Virus record (IMG/VR): IMGVR_UViG_3300045988_116732
Direction: 5' to 3' (one strand)
Source: a virus
Length of the DNA: 40,000 nucleotides
Shown: piece after piece, positions 17,791 through 26,649 of the stretch
Position numbering within the stretch: position 1 is the first letter of the stretch
Layout: every line of letters starts with the position of its first letter
The notes under the pieces: generated by a model
The model's database searches: none
What the model was told of the DNA's origin: nothing
The model's input: the letters and a program-made list of their open reading frames with translations, nothing else
Translations under genes and position numbers: made by a program

Positions 17791-18771
17791 CTAGTTTGCT
17801 TCTACGCTTCCGCTGAATTTTGATGTTGATTCAATACGAATCATATACTGCTCTACCAGACGTTCTGCTGTCTTAATTGCTTTCCATCCTACCGTGGAGC
17901 GCTGGTTTAATGGGTCCTCTCCTGCACCTGCCGGCTTGATAATCATCTGTAATGCTCCGCCATCAATACCGGTTTTGGCATACGCATGTGCTCCAAGTAC
18001 TAATGTACCAAATACTGCAGTATCTGCCGGGCATCCTGTGCCTTTCCAAATTTTTGCGTTTGAAGTAGATACAAAACGTACATTTCCAATCTTTCCAATT
18101 TCTCCTTCAAAGATTGCTTCTGGTGCTGCATATTTATGTACGTCAATCCATTCCTCGCTGCGCATAAGGTCATATGCTGCGTATGGATGAATAATGGCTA
18201 CATAAGATTTCTGAATTTTTGGAGCATTCATTGCTTCAAGCATAGCTGCTGCACGGAAGAAGATTTCCGGCGTCAGTGTGTCTGCTGCTGTTAACTGGGC
18301 TCTTGTTGCTCTGTCTCCAACAATTAATACGTTTGTGCCACCGGCCATAACGTCTCTTGTTACATTGTCCAATGTCAAGCCTGCCTGAGCACCTAATACT
18401 TTTGAAGCCTGCACAACATTGTTATCAATAGCTGTAAGGTCCAGTACGTCAGAGATTGTGATGTAATCTCCGTACTGTTTTACCGTACTTGTAACTGAAC
18501 TTACGCTTAAGCTATTTCCATCCGGTGTCACACCTTCTGTAAGTGGTGTATTCGCCGGTTTCAAAGAGTCATACTTTCTGAACTCAATCTGTTTACCACC
18601 GTTTTTAGGAATCGGATAATCATCTCCAAACTGGTCATGCACCAATTCTGGGGATGCTTCTTCAATCAATTCCTTTTCGTAAAATGTTTTATTTTCTGCA
18701 GACAAACTGGATGTACCAGTTGTCTGTGTATTTGGGTCTGCAAAAAACTGCAAGATATTTCTGATTTTCAT
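17791..18771 (-). CDS. Major capsid protein, N4-gp56 family (HK97 fold)
   Basis: Start moved to ATG 18771 (RBS AAAGGAA; the track's 18792 start is GTG and overlaps the scaffold stop). Sequence MKIRNILQFFADPNTQT...FYEKELIEEA.P.LVHDQFG...PIPKNGGK.IEFRKY..L...PLTEGVTP...V.QYGDYI.ISD matches the pattern of this family as I recall it. Confidence 0.85.
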   Translation of the reverse strand: MKIRNILQFFADPNTQTTGTSSLSAENKTFYEKELIEEASPELVHDQFGDDYPIPKNGGKQIEFRKYDSLKPANTPLTEGVTPDGNSLSVSSVTSTVKQYGDYITISDVLDLTAIDNNVVQASKVLGAQAGLTLDNVTRDVMAGGTNVLIVGDRATRAQLTAADTLTPEIFFRAAAMLEAMNAPKIQKSYVAIIHPYAAYDLMRSEEWIDVHKYAAPEAIFEGEIGKIGNVRFVSTSNAKIWKGTGCPADTAVFGTLVLGAHAYAKTGIDGGALQMIIKPAGAGEDPLNQRSTVGWKAIKTAERLVEQYMIRIESTSKFSGSVEAN

Positions 18772-18788
18772 ATATATTCCTTTCCGAA

Positions 18789-19691
18789 TCACGAGAAAGA
18801 AACACGTTCTCCCTTGAGTACTTTCTTCTCGTATTCCCTCATCTGTTCAGGTGTCAATTTTCTAACATCTACTTTCACTGTTCCTTGTGAACCGGAAGAT
18901 GCTGCACCTTCAATTGGTCTTCCACTCTTTGAATTGATGCTTTTTACTACATTGTTTTTTGCTGTTTCTGCCGCCTGTGCCATTCCATATGTCATAATCT
19001 CATCATGGTGTGTGGCCATGTAAGCAGCTTCAATGCTTCCACCAACTTTAAGAATTGCCGTGAAGTCTGGATTTGCAAGTTCCTCATTAAGGTTAAAGTC
19101 CATGTTATACTTCTGTCTTAATGCATCCGCCTGCTGTGTCCACTGTGCATAAATCTGCTCGCCTTCTTTTTTCTTCTCCAACTGTTCCATTGCTTCTGTC
19201 AGTTTCTTGTTTTCCAACTTTACCCGGTTTACTTCCCGAAGCTGGTCTACGGACATTCCATGTCTTGCTGCTTCATCTTCCAGAAGTGCATTGTCCTGCT
19301 GTACTGCTCTTACGAGTCCTTCTACATCATCCGCTTCAAGACCATAACGCATAGCAAGCTCTCCCATGATTGGAGTCAGTGCATCATACTGTTTCTGCAA
19401 ATTACTGATTGTTTCATTCGATTTTTTCAATCTGTCCTTAACGATTCCTTCTGTACGCTTTCGATATGCGTCTCTGTAATCGCCCTTAATCAGTTCCTCG
19501 AAGGCTTTTTCTGTGTCTTCCGGTGTTGTCGCATCCTGCGACGTTCCAGCGTCGTCCTGGTTACCTGTTCGACCGTCTGTGGCTCCGGCGTTGAGCCCTT
19601 CCGCCTGTCCTGCTGTTCCTTCTGCTCCGGTTGAAGCTGCGCCTGCCCCACCTTCTGCAAAGAACTGCAAATTAAAATACTTTTTTCTCAT
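18789..19691 (-). CDS. Scaffolding protein with Prp-type N-terminal leader
   Basis: 300 aa. MRKKYFNLQFFAEGG leader, a Gly/Ala/Thr-rich spacer, then a long charged helical region. Lies between the protease and the capsid gene. Confidence 0.8.
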   Translation of the reverse strand: MRKKYFNLQFFAEGGAGAASTGAEGTAGQAEGLNAGATDGRTGNQDDAGTSQDATTPEDTEKAFEELIKGDYRDAYRKRTEGIVKDRLKKSNETISNLQKQYDALTPIMGELAMRYGLEADDVEGLVRAVQQDNALLEDEAARHGMSVDQLREVNRVKLENKKLTEAMEQLEKKKEGEQIYAQWTQQADALRQKYNMDFNLNEELANPDFTAILKVGGSIEAAYMATHHDEIMTYGMAQAAETAKNNVVKSINSKSGRPIEGAASSGSQGTVKVDVRKLTPEQMREYEKKVLKGERVSFS

Positions 19692-19756
19692 ACTTTCGTC
19701 CTTTCCGAAGTGCCATGTTTTTCTTAAACCACTTGTACTATATCAATTCAAAAAAT

Positions 19757-20089
19757 TTATTTCTCCCCAATTTCGTCTAAAAATAAAATATTTTTTGGAA
19801 AATTTTTTTCAATGATTTTATAGCCATTCAATATCGTTTCCAGCACTACTTCCGTCTCTCTACTCCAATCCGTTATTTCCACGTTGCATCTCCCGGATTC
19901 TCCCATTTCCAAGACTGTAATCTTTACTTTTCCTTCTGCCTGCTGCTTTTGTAATTCCTCAAGAAGCGTAAATAAAAGGATACTGCATGCCGAGCATACA
20001 ATATCCTTTCCTGCTTCTGCATAGTCAGCATGACCTTCCATTTTTATTTCCAGCAGATTTTCTTCTTCTCTCACTCTGACTTTAAGCAT
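19757..20089 (-). CDS. prp: Prp-like (YsxB/ribosomal-processing) cysteine protease
   Basis: 110 aa. EGHADYAEAGKDIVCSACSILLF matches the GHA...G.DIVCAA(V/C)S His/Cys catalytic dyad signature of Prp. Lies between the portal and scaffold genes. Confidence 0.8.
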   Translation of the reverse strand: MLKVRVREEENLLEIKMEGHADYAEAGKDIVCSACSILLFTLLEELQKQQAEGKVKITVLEMGESGRCNVEITDWSRETEVVLETILNGYKIIEKNFPKNILFLDEIGEK

Positions 20090-20098
20090 ATCTTTCTC

Positions 20099-22072
20099 CT
20101 ATACTGACGTAGAGTTTCTAGTTGCATGCGCCGCCTGGCTTGTTAATGAGCCATTGCTATTCCTGTTAAGCACCGACTGGCTCTGCGCCATAGGTTCTTC
20201 TGCCTGCTGCATTGCAATCTGTGCATTTCCCGCTATTCTTTCTGCATAATTCGTTGTTCCTCCGCTCGACATATCTACTGCCTGTGCCAGTGCAATAGCC
20301 TGCTGCTGCATCTGTAAGTACAGGTTGTAATATGTCTGGGATTTATTTAATCTCTGCTTCACCTCATCTTTTCCATCGAAGTCCATCATATCCAAACATC
20401 CGATAGCCATTTCTGCATTCTGCGGATTAAAAAATCCAAGGTTGTAGAATTGTAATGCAAGCTGATTCTGTGTTTCTCTGGTGTATGCGCTCTGCTTTGC
20501 TGGTACAACCTTAACATCGAAAATAGGGACTCTTTCTGACTGTGCCTGTCCAAATCCGGTATCCATTGGCTGTCCTTTTAATGTGCTATTGTCAAACGTC
20601 ACATAGTCTGTCTGTCCAGTTTCTCCGGTAATTCTGAATTCCCTCGGCTCATCGTAAAACTGTCTGATAAGCTCAATCACCAGATAGCATATCTTAGTAA
20701 ATGCTCTATAATCTGCTCTGTTTGCATCCCTAGACAATTTGCCGGACGCTTCCTGGAGACTGGCAATTCCGCTCGCTGAAGTAACATTAGAGGTCTGTCC
20801 CTGTGCTGCCGCTGTATTGCCAGAAGTATCCTTCAGTTCTTCGATTTTATTATTCAAAATGGTTTCATAAATGCCCGCCATTGGTGTCGATGTGATCTGT
20901 CGAAAAGCATCCTCTCCCAGATTTCCGTTAAAATGCACAAGTGATTTTGAAAAATCGCAAAACTCCTTTTCATTCAGCCCCACATCGTCTCTGACCGCCC
21001 ATCTTGGCTTTGCCAGTGACAATCCATTTTCAAGAATACCCTGCTGCATCTTATCTATGTATGCCTGTGTATCTTTCATGACATCCACATATCCAAATCC
21101 GCAGACACTGCTCTCGATTGGAAACAATACATCAAACTCAAATGGATATCGTCCATGATCATACAGCCCTGTATATTTTAATTCCTCGTCATTTTCTGTC
21201 GCATAGAGCACTTTTCCATTGCAGAATTTGCAATAATGCAGCACGTTCTTTCTTTTAATCAATCCATTATTGTCTTCAAGTACAATCGTTTTTTTATAAT
21301 ACCAGTCTACAACCGCAACCTTCTCTGTATTATCTTCCGCATCCGACTTTATGTACTGTGTAAGACTGATATCACTACCTGCCATTATCTCCTTATCTGG
21401 ATAAGCAGCCTTTATGTCCTCTACGTCTTCCATGGATACATAGAATACATTCTTCGACCTCTGAATATCTTTTACTCCTGGTTCCCAGAAAAGATTCATA
21501 ATGTCGACATTTTTAATTGATATGTCGCCTAATCCATTGTCTTTCGAACCATCCCAGAATACGCCTGTTACACAAGTTCCATTTTTTAATTTATACCAGC
21601 CGCCAGCTGAATACGTCTCTTCAAATTCATTTCGTTCCAGTATAACCGGTATGATTTCTGATAAAGCCTTAGCTGCTCTTTCATCATTCTTTTCTCGTGG
21701 AAGCACATTTGCTTCTGGAAAATTGTCCATGATGTCAGCATGCTTATTGGCAAGTGCGTTGAAAAGCCATGCAGACCGTGGTTCTATTCTTTTTTCTGCT
21801 TCCTCTTCCTGTTCTTTTCTTGCATAATCCCAATGTCTTAACCTCCACCATTCCTCGTTTTCCACAATTGTATTTTCAAGGTTCTTTTTTCCGGCATGAT
21901 ATTTTCTCAATACTTCTGCTGCTTCTTTCACATCATCATCCGTGATAGCATCTACCGTCTGCTCTTCCTGCATCTCTTTTTCTTCTGATTCCGTCTGAAT
22001 TAATGTGTCCTGCTGTTCTTTTTCCTGTTGCACCGGTGCAACTTCTGTTATTTTTCCTTTTTTGTAAGCCAT
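20099..22072 (-). CDS. Portal protein
   Basis: 657 aa, immediately downstream of TerL. Size and position are typical. Acidic N-terminal extension containing VAPVQ. Confidence 0.8.
   Translation of the reverse strand: MAYKKGKITEVAPVQQEKEQQDTLIQTESEEKEMQEEQTVDAITDDDVKEAAEVLRKYHAGKKNLENTIVENEEWWRLRHWDYARKEQEEEAEKRIEPRSAWLFNALANKHADIMDNFPEANVLPREKNDERAAKALSEIIPVILERNEFEETYSAGGWYKLKNGTCVTGVFWDGSKDNGLGDISIKNVDIMNLFWEPGVKDIQRSKNVFYVSMEDVEDIKAAYPDKEIMAGSDISLTQYIKSDAEDNTEKVAVVDWYYKKTIVLEDNNGLIKRKNVLHYCKFCNGKVLYATENDEELKYTGLYDHGRYPFEFDVLFPIESSVCGFGYVDVMKDTQAYIDKMQQGILENGLSLAKPRWAVRDDVGLNEKEFCDFSKSLVHFNGNLGEDAFRQITSTPMAGIYETILNNKIEELKDTSGNTAAAQGQTSNVTSASGIASLQEASGKLSRDANRADYRAFTKICYLVIELIRQFYDEPREFRITGETGQTDYVTFDNSTLKGQPMDTGFGQAQSERVPIFDVKVVPAKQSAYTRETQNQLALQFYNLGFFNPQNAEMAIGCLDMMDFDGKDEVKQRLNKSQTYYNLYLQMQQQAIALAQAVDMSSGGTTNYAERIAGNAQIAMQQAEEPMAQSQSVLNRNSNGSLTSQAAHATRNSTSV
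22027..22042. repeat. Copy 3 (exact) of the palindrome GTTGCACCGGTGCAAC
   Basis: In frame at portal codons 12-16 (KITEVAPVQQEKE). Confidence 0.95.
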
Positions 22073-22083
22073 CTCTCATCCTC

Positions 22084-23538
22084 CTAAATATTTAATATCT
22101 GTACTCCTTGGCTTCTTTTTTGCTCTTTGAACATATCTAGTGGGTCGAATGCCGGTTTTTTTTGTAATACATTTCCTCTTGGAGCAATTGGGTGCTCCAT
22201 AAGTACATATCTGCATTCATCATAGATGTGGTCTTCTTCTGTTGTGTCAATATCTTCCGGAATTGTCTCGCTATATGTAAGGTTTGGGATTGTTCTGATG
22301 AAGTTTCTGCAGGTGTTAAAAATTTGAAACATACAATCTCCCATTTCATCGAAGGCAAACCTATAGTGATACTGCATCTTTCCCGGCAGTCTGACATGGT
22401 CTCCGCCATGGAAATATACAAAATTAGGGCTTCTCTCCATCATTCTGGCAACAGATTCTCCTCTTGACTCATCAAATATAGCCGGATCCGCTACACCTGT
22501 GATTCTCTTACCTTTCAGCAACGGATTATTTTCTTCGACTTCTCGAATCTTTCTTGCCTGTTCTACGGGATGCTCTTTTAATCCCTGATTAGCAATTCCA
22601 TTCCAACCGTACAGCTCTGCTATCCGGTATATCTTTCCCTTTGTATCTACTGCATACCATCCAACTGAATACGGCTTTGCATATCCGAAGTCGAACCCCC
22701 GGTATATCTTCCAATGGTCCGGTATTTGAAATGGCTCAATTACATGCGTCCACATTCTGTCTTTATAATGATTTGGATCATCTCTGAATTCTGTAAAAAC
22801 CTGTCCGCTAAAGCTGTCCCATGAGCCATACATCAGGGCATTTCTTTCTGCCTCTGGCAATGCCGCTAGGTTTGCTAAATAATCCGGGTCATTCTCTAAC
22901 AGTTTTTTATTATCAAATACTGTGGCCGGTATGTATATCCTGTCTCGTGAAAGCTGTATCTTCTCGCCCTGCGGATTAATCACGCTGTACCTTTCCACAA
23001 TCCTTGTATTTGGCGGTGCCGGCGTTACAAATCTCTGCTTTACCCATGCCATCCCTTTTCCATCCGGATTCGCTGTCGCTCTCATGTATACCCTTGTGCC
23101 AGGTCCCATCGGTCTGTTACGAGACATCATATACTGGTACTGCGTTAGTGAAAAATGTGTTAATTCATCAAATCCAATAAAATCGTATGCTTTTCCTTGA
23201 TAGTTGAAGCGGTCAGAGTCTCTTTGCATATATCCGAAAAATATCTTTGCGCCGGACTCAAACAGCCAGCGTTTTTTATTTTCATTAAATTTGGGACGCT
23301 GCCCCTTCAAATTGCCATACAAGTCATAGGATCGTGTAATTAATCCTTCAAGCTGCGGTACTGTGTCTCTGAATATGATTCCTCTGTAATTTGGTATGTT
23401 TATCTGTCTTAACGCTTCCGCCAACATGGAATCTGACTTTCCACCGCCTGCTGCTCCTCCAAATAAGGCCTCATACTCCGGTCTTTCCATGAATATCTTC
23501 TGCTTCGGCTGTGGCATCCACGAAGCACTCATCTTCAT
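22084..23538 (-). CDS. terL: Terminase large subunit
   Basis: 484 aa. Walker A-like [10 protein letters not shown] near the N-terminus, FDELTHF (Walker B/coupling region), and C-terminal nuclease-like DHIYDECRY. The start could be the in-frame ATG at 23517. Confidence 0.9.
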   Translation of the reverse strand: MKMSASWMPQPKQKIFMERPEYEALFGGAAGGGKSDSMLAEALRQINIPNYRGIIFRDTVPQLEGLITRSYDLYGNLKGQRPKFNENKKRWLFESGAKIFFGYMQRDSDRFNYQGKAYDFIGFDELTHFSLTQYQYMMSRNRPMGPGTRVYMRATANPDGKGMAWVKQRFVTPAPPNTRIVERYSVINPQGEKIQLSRDRIYIPATVFDNKKLLENDPDYLANLAALPEAERNALMYGSWDSFSGQVFTEFRDDPNHYKDRMWTHVIEPFQIPDHWKIYRGFDFGYAKPYSVGWYAVDTKGKIYRIAELYGWNGIANQGLKEHPVEQARKIREVEENNPLLKGKRITGVADPAIFDESRGESVARMMERSPNFVYFHGGDHVRLPGKMQYHYRFAFDEMGDCMFQIFNTCRNFIRTIPNLTYSETIPEDIDTTEEDHIYDECRYVLMEHPIAPRGNVLQKKPAFDPLDMFKEQKRSQGVQILNI

Positions 23539-24232
23539 CCACCTCCTTTACTGGTGGCAGGAATACTACTCCTTCATTGTCCTCTCCATCGTCTTCACCT
23601 TTAAAGCCATGCTTGTCCAACCAGTCAATTGCTTTCTGCGAATCTTTCAGTTCGATAGCTACTCCATGCGCTGTATTCTTTATGGCCTTTACTGTCTGCC
23701 AGTCTATTAGATCCGGATTTTTAATGCTCATTCCATATGCCGATATATTTACAACATCTGATAAATCAGCAAATGCAATTCTTGATTGCAATTCCGCCAC
23801 ATCCTCTTCTTTTGGAAGCATCCTTTCCATCTTGTCCCGCCGGATTTCTTCCAAGCGTTCTTTGATTTTAGGATTTTTTAGCTTATTATGTGCAGAAACG
23901 GCCGCTGACTGATAAGAGCAGTGATAAACACGCATATAACTTCTTACTGCATTGAAAGATTTCGCATAAAGCTGGCAAAAAAGCTCATCTCTGTCTATTG
24001 CATCATCATCTTCTGGCGATTCTTTTTCTTCTTCTGTATATGCATTCTTTTTTTGTGTGCACACTTTTTTTCGCTTTTTGTGTGCACACTTTTTTCCACC
24101 GCCTCTTTCCCATCCGTATCGTTGCTTCCAGGACTTGACCGTATTCAGGCTGATGCCGTATTTTTCCGCTATTTCTTTATATTTCATCCCAAGCATGTAA
24201 TCATTTTCTGCCTCTTCATGTACTTCTCCCAT
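23471..24232 (-). CDS. terS: Terminase small subunit (HTH plus Terminase_2-like domain)
   Basis: Start moved to ATG 24232 (RBS GGGAGGA), because the track's TTG start at 24271 overlaps the -10 box. Contains [29 protein letters not shown], followed by [21 protein letters not shown]...[15 protein letters not shown]. Confidence 0.8.
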   Translation of the reverse strand: MGEVHEEAENDYMLGMKYKEIAEKYGISLNTVKSWKQRYGWERGGGKKCAHKKRKKVCTQKKNAYTEEEKESPEDDDAIDRDELFCQLYAKSFNAVRSYMRVYHCSYQSAAVSAHNKLKNPKIKERLEEIRRDKMERMLPKEEDVAELQSRIAFADLSDVVNISAYGMSIKNPDLIDWQTVKAIKNTAHGVAIELKDSQKAIDWLDKHGFKGEDDGEDNEGVVFLPPVKEVDEDECFVDATAEAEDIHGKTGV

Positions 24233-24262
24233 ACGGTCCTCCCTTCTCTTTTTTCTGTCTGT

Positions 24263-24305
24263 ATTATACAAAAAGGTGCGCTGTCTTTTCTCCCCTATTT
24301 CGTCT
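24263..24305 (-). promoter_or_regulatory. Putative late promoter 1: AGACGAAATAGGGGAGAAA - 18 nt - TATAAT
   Basis: On the minus strand the 19-mer is at 24305->24287 and TG-TATAAT at 24268->24263, followed by an RBS and the terS ATG 24232. There is no TTGACA-like -35 box. This duplicates the architecture at 4023->3981. Confidence 0.55.
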
Positions 24306-24382
24306 CCGTTTATTAAAGGATGAGCTTGTCAAAGGTGAATACTTTAAAACTATGAGTATTGGAGAGCTGCTTCCTCTCATGG

Positions 24383-24430
24383 AAAAAGAAAACTACGAGA
24401 ACCCAGTCATTCTGAGTTCTCGTAGTTTTC
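24383..24430 (-). terminator. Strong intrinsic terminator ending the early operon
   Basis: 15-bp perfect stem, GAAAACTACGAGAAC (24388-24402) with GTTCTCGTAGTTTTC (24416-24430), and a 13-nt loop. On the minus strand it is followed by TTTTT. It overlaps the stop of ORF 24407..24622. Confidence 0.8.
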
Positions 24431-24622
24431 TTCCATCAACTTTTTTATTTTACAGCTACATTTTAACTTGTAGCAATTGTTAATCTGATGCCTTTTCTTT
24501 TTTGCTTTTGTTTTGAATCCAATTGTTAATTCTGTCCTGTCAGGTCCTTCACACACTATCTTTGTTCCGGTTTCACGCAAGAAAAACGGGCACTCGGTCT
24601 TTACCATACTTGTTTTATTCAT
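24407..24622 (-). CDS. Small Cys-rich basic protein (possible zinc-binding), function unknown
   Basis: 71 aa. Contains ECPFF...VCEGP...NNCYKLKCSC. It is the last gene before the early terminator and late promoter. Confidence 0.5.
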   Translation of the reverse strand: MNKTSMVKTECPFFLRETGTKIVCEGPDRTELTIGFKTKAKKKRHQINNCYKLKCSCKIKKLMEENYENSE

Positions 24623-24643
24623 TACCTTCTCCCTCCTATGCTT

Positions 24644-25219
24644 TCAAACACCCTTTATCTGCGAAGCTATCATGTCTGCTGTATGCGTCCAAAGAACATT
24701 CGGGTATCTCCGCACCGCCCGACTGTAAAACTCCCATTCTGACTTATCTGTGAACGCTCCCATATGATATCTGATGCACATTTTCTCTTCTTCTGTGAGG
24801 TCTATTAAGCCCATCAGCATGATAAGGCTTTTGTCTCCATGTCCTGGATACAGCCTTTCTTTCTTGTATTCATATCCAACTTTTCTGTGCTCCTCAAGCG
24901 ATACTGCGTAATAATCATCCAGCTTGCATACGTCATGGAGTAATCCTATTATCTCCGGGCTTTCCGGTCTCTCCCACCTTAAGCCCATCTTCAGGGTTAT
25001 CCTCTCAAGCTCATATGCCACCCGGAGTGAATGCTTCATTAATCCACCCTCATACGCTCCGTGATGATCCTTTGAAGCCGGCGCTGTAAAGTATTCTTTT
25101 TCTTCAAGCCATGCTATCAGTTTTGGCCACTTCCTCAATATGTCTCTTACTAGGTCTTTTTCATCATCTTTTCCCCTCTTTCCGGCTTTTATTGGAACTC
25201 TTCTCATGAATTCTCTCAT
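24644..25219 (-). CDS. HD-domain phosphohydrolase
   Basis: 191 aa. Contains KDHHGAYEGGLMKHS, IIGLLHDVCK (HD motif), PGHGDKS and IRYHMGAF. Confidence 0.8.
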   Translation of the reverse strand: MREFMRRVPIKAGKRGKDDEKDLVRDILRKWPKLIAWLEEKEYFTAPASKDHHGAYEGGLMKHSLRVAYELERITLKMGLRWERPESPEIIGLLHDVCKLDDYYAVSLEEHRKVGYEYKKERLYPGHGDKSLIMLMGLIDLTEEEKMCIRYHMGAFTDKSEWEFYSRAVRRYPNVLWTHTADMIASQIKGV

Positions 25220-25277
25220 TGTTCTCTATCCTCCATTTCTTTCAGCTATTTCCATCTTGTAAAATTTCCTAAAATCT

Positions 25278-25311
25278 AAAAACCACTAGCCAAATATGGT
25301 TAGTGGTTTTT
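25278..25311 (-). terminator. Weak/moderate intrinsic terminator after the 60-aa gene
   Basis: Stem AAAAACCACTA (25278-25288) with TAGTGGTTTTT (25301-25311). On the minus strand the GC core is followed by TTTTTAGATTTT. Overlaps the TAA stop at 25300. Confidence 0.45.
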
Positions 25312-25482
25312 TTCCTCTCCGAATATATCTTTATTGCTTTGCAGCCACTGCAAAATTTCGAGACTATTAAATGTCCCATCTTTATTCCGCAACTTATGAA
25401 CATTATTGCATATATATCCAGCCAGCAGGTCTGCCATCTGATATTCATTCTCACATTTTTTTATTCTATCAAAATTGCTCAT
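25300..25482 (-). CDS. Small protein with its own promoter and terminator (moron-like unit), function unknown
   Basis: 60 aa, MSNFDRIKKCENEYQMADLLAGYICNNVHKLRNKDGTFNSLEILQWLQSNKDIFGEEKNH. RBS AAAGGAG. The overlapping 25269..25454 frame is hydrophobic junk. Confidence 0.55.
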   Translation of the reverse strand: MSNFDRIKKCENEYQMADLLAGYICNNVHKLRNKDGTFNSLEILQWLQSNKDIFGEEKNH

Positions 25483-25507
25483 GCTGCCGTTCTCCTTTTT
25501 TATTTAA

Positions 25508-25536
25508 AATATACCACTACCATATTCAGTTTTCAA
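25508..25536 (-). promoter_or_regulatory. Sigma-70-type promoter: TTGAAA - 17 nt - TGgTATATT
   Basis: On the minus strand the -35 is at 25536->25531 and the extended -10 TGGTATATT ends at 25508. It lies 25 nt upstream of ATG 25482. Confidence 0.55.
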
Positions 25537-25550
25537 TGTCCGATTTTATT

Positions 25551-26135
25551 TTAATTTTTCAGTTGAGCATCTTCTTCTTTCAGCTTTGCTTCGGCTTCCT
25601 CTCTTGATAAAAACCAAGTATCATTAAATTCTTCAAGTGCAATGATTTCATGGTAATCTGGGTCGATATACACTTCAAAGCAGAAACAGTCAATGTCATC
25701 TGCTTCTGAAATTCCTGTTATACTTGCCTCCTCGATTCCATAAGGTTTTATGATATAGATGTGGTCTCCCACTTTGCACGGCAACCGTATGAGTAACCCC
25801 TGCTCCTCGGCATCCTCATAATATTTCAATTTTTCTCGCAAATCAGCCATAGCCCATAAATTGCGATAGAACAATGCTAAAAGTCCTATTGTGCTGTCTA
25901 TTCCTACCGACAGCATGGAAGCCATATATTCGTCAACTTCTTCATCTGATAAGTCCTTAAAATCTTCACCGCAAATATCTTTGGCAAGATTTCTTACAAG
26001 CCACCTACTATCAACATCCAGATTATAATCTCTGTATCTGGCATTGCGCTCATCATCTGCATAGCAGCTATTATGTGCCAGCTCGATCATCGACATTTCA
26101 GCCACGCTTTTATTTGTCGTTAATCTCTCCATCAA
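25551..26135 (-). CDS. Conserved phage early protein, function unknown
   Basis: 194 aa. ATGA-type coupling with the upstream gene. Globular composition. Confidence 0.65.
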   Translation of the reverse strand: MMERLTTNKSVAEMSMIELAHNSCYADDERNARYRDYNLDVDSRWLVRNLAKDICGEDFKDLSDEEVDEYMASMLSVGIDSTIGLLALFYRNLWAMADLREKLKYYEDAEEQGLLIRLPCKVGDHIYIIKPYGIEEASITGISEADDIDCFCFEVYIDPDYHEIIALEEFNDTWFLSREEAEAKLKEEDAQLKN

Positions 26136-26359
26136 ATACCGCTCCTTCCCACATACTCTCCGTATGTCATGCCTGCTTCTCTCGCTTTTGCATTTACCCA
26201 GGCAATGCTTCCTACCTTAAGCTCCGGCTTCTTATATGCCGCCTTTCTTCTTTCTGCTCTTTCCTTCATCCGTTCCTGCCGGCACTTCACTGAGCAGATT
26301 ACTTCTTTACCTATCGGAATAAACAGCTTTCCGCACTGCTTGCATCTTCGTCTTTTCAT
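26132..26359 (-). CDS. Small basic zinc-ribbon-like protein
   Basis: Start moved to ATG 26359 (MKRRRCKQCGKLFIPIGKEVICSVKCRQER...), which overlaps the upstream TAA by 1 nt. CxxC...CxxxC pattern. Confidence 0.55.
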   Translation of the reverse strand: MKRRRCKQCGKLFIPIGKEVICSVKCRQERMKERAERRKAAYKKPELKVGSIAWVNAKAREAGMTYGEYVGRSGI

Positions 26360-26649
26360 TAAGCAAATCCCTCCGTCTCTCCGCATTCATACCATGTATT
26401 CCATGGTTTATAATTGCCGTGCTTGTAAACTTTTCCGCTCAGCGAATTCTCTGCAATCATAAGAATGTACATATCATCCTCTGCCAGTCCGTTCTTCTTG
26501 GCCAGATTATAAATATCTTCAAAAGTTAATGTCTCTTTCTCTTCCTCTGTAGGCATTAATTCCAGGCATTTAAAGGTTTCATTCTCGCTGTGGAAAAATA
26601 CTCTTATTATGTCTGCTTCAATTAACTCTTCATTTTCTACTGGTTTCAT
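26359..26649 (-). CDS. Small acidic protein, function unknown
   Basis: Start moved to ATG 26649 (RBS GGAGGG; ATGA overlap with the upstream stop). Sequence MKPVENEELIEADIIRVFFHSENETFKCLELMP... Confidence 0.6.
   Translation of the reverse strand: MKPVENEELIEADIIRVFFHSENETFKCLELMPTEEEKETLTFEDIYNLAKKNGLAEDDMYILMIAENSLSGKVYKHGNYKPWNTWYECGETEGFA

Noticed and set aside
23471-23538. The 68-nt TerS/TerL overlap as evidence of a fusion or frameshift product.
   Set aside because: TerL has in-frame ATGs at 23538 and 23517. Overlapping terS/terL boundaries are common, and no slippery site is evident.
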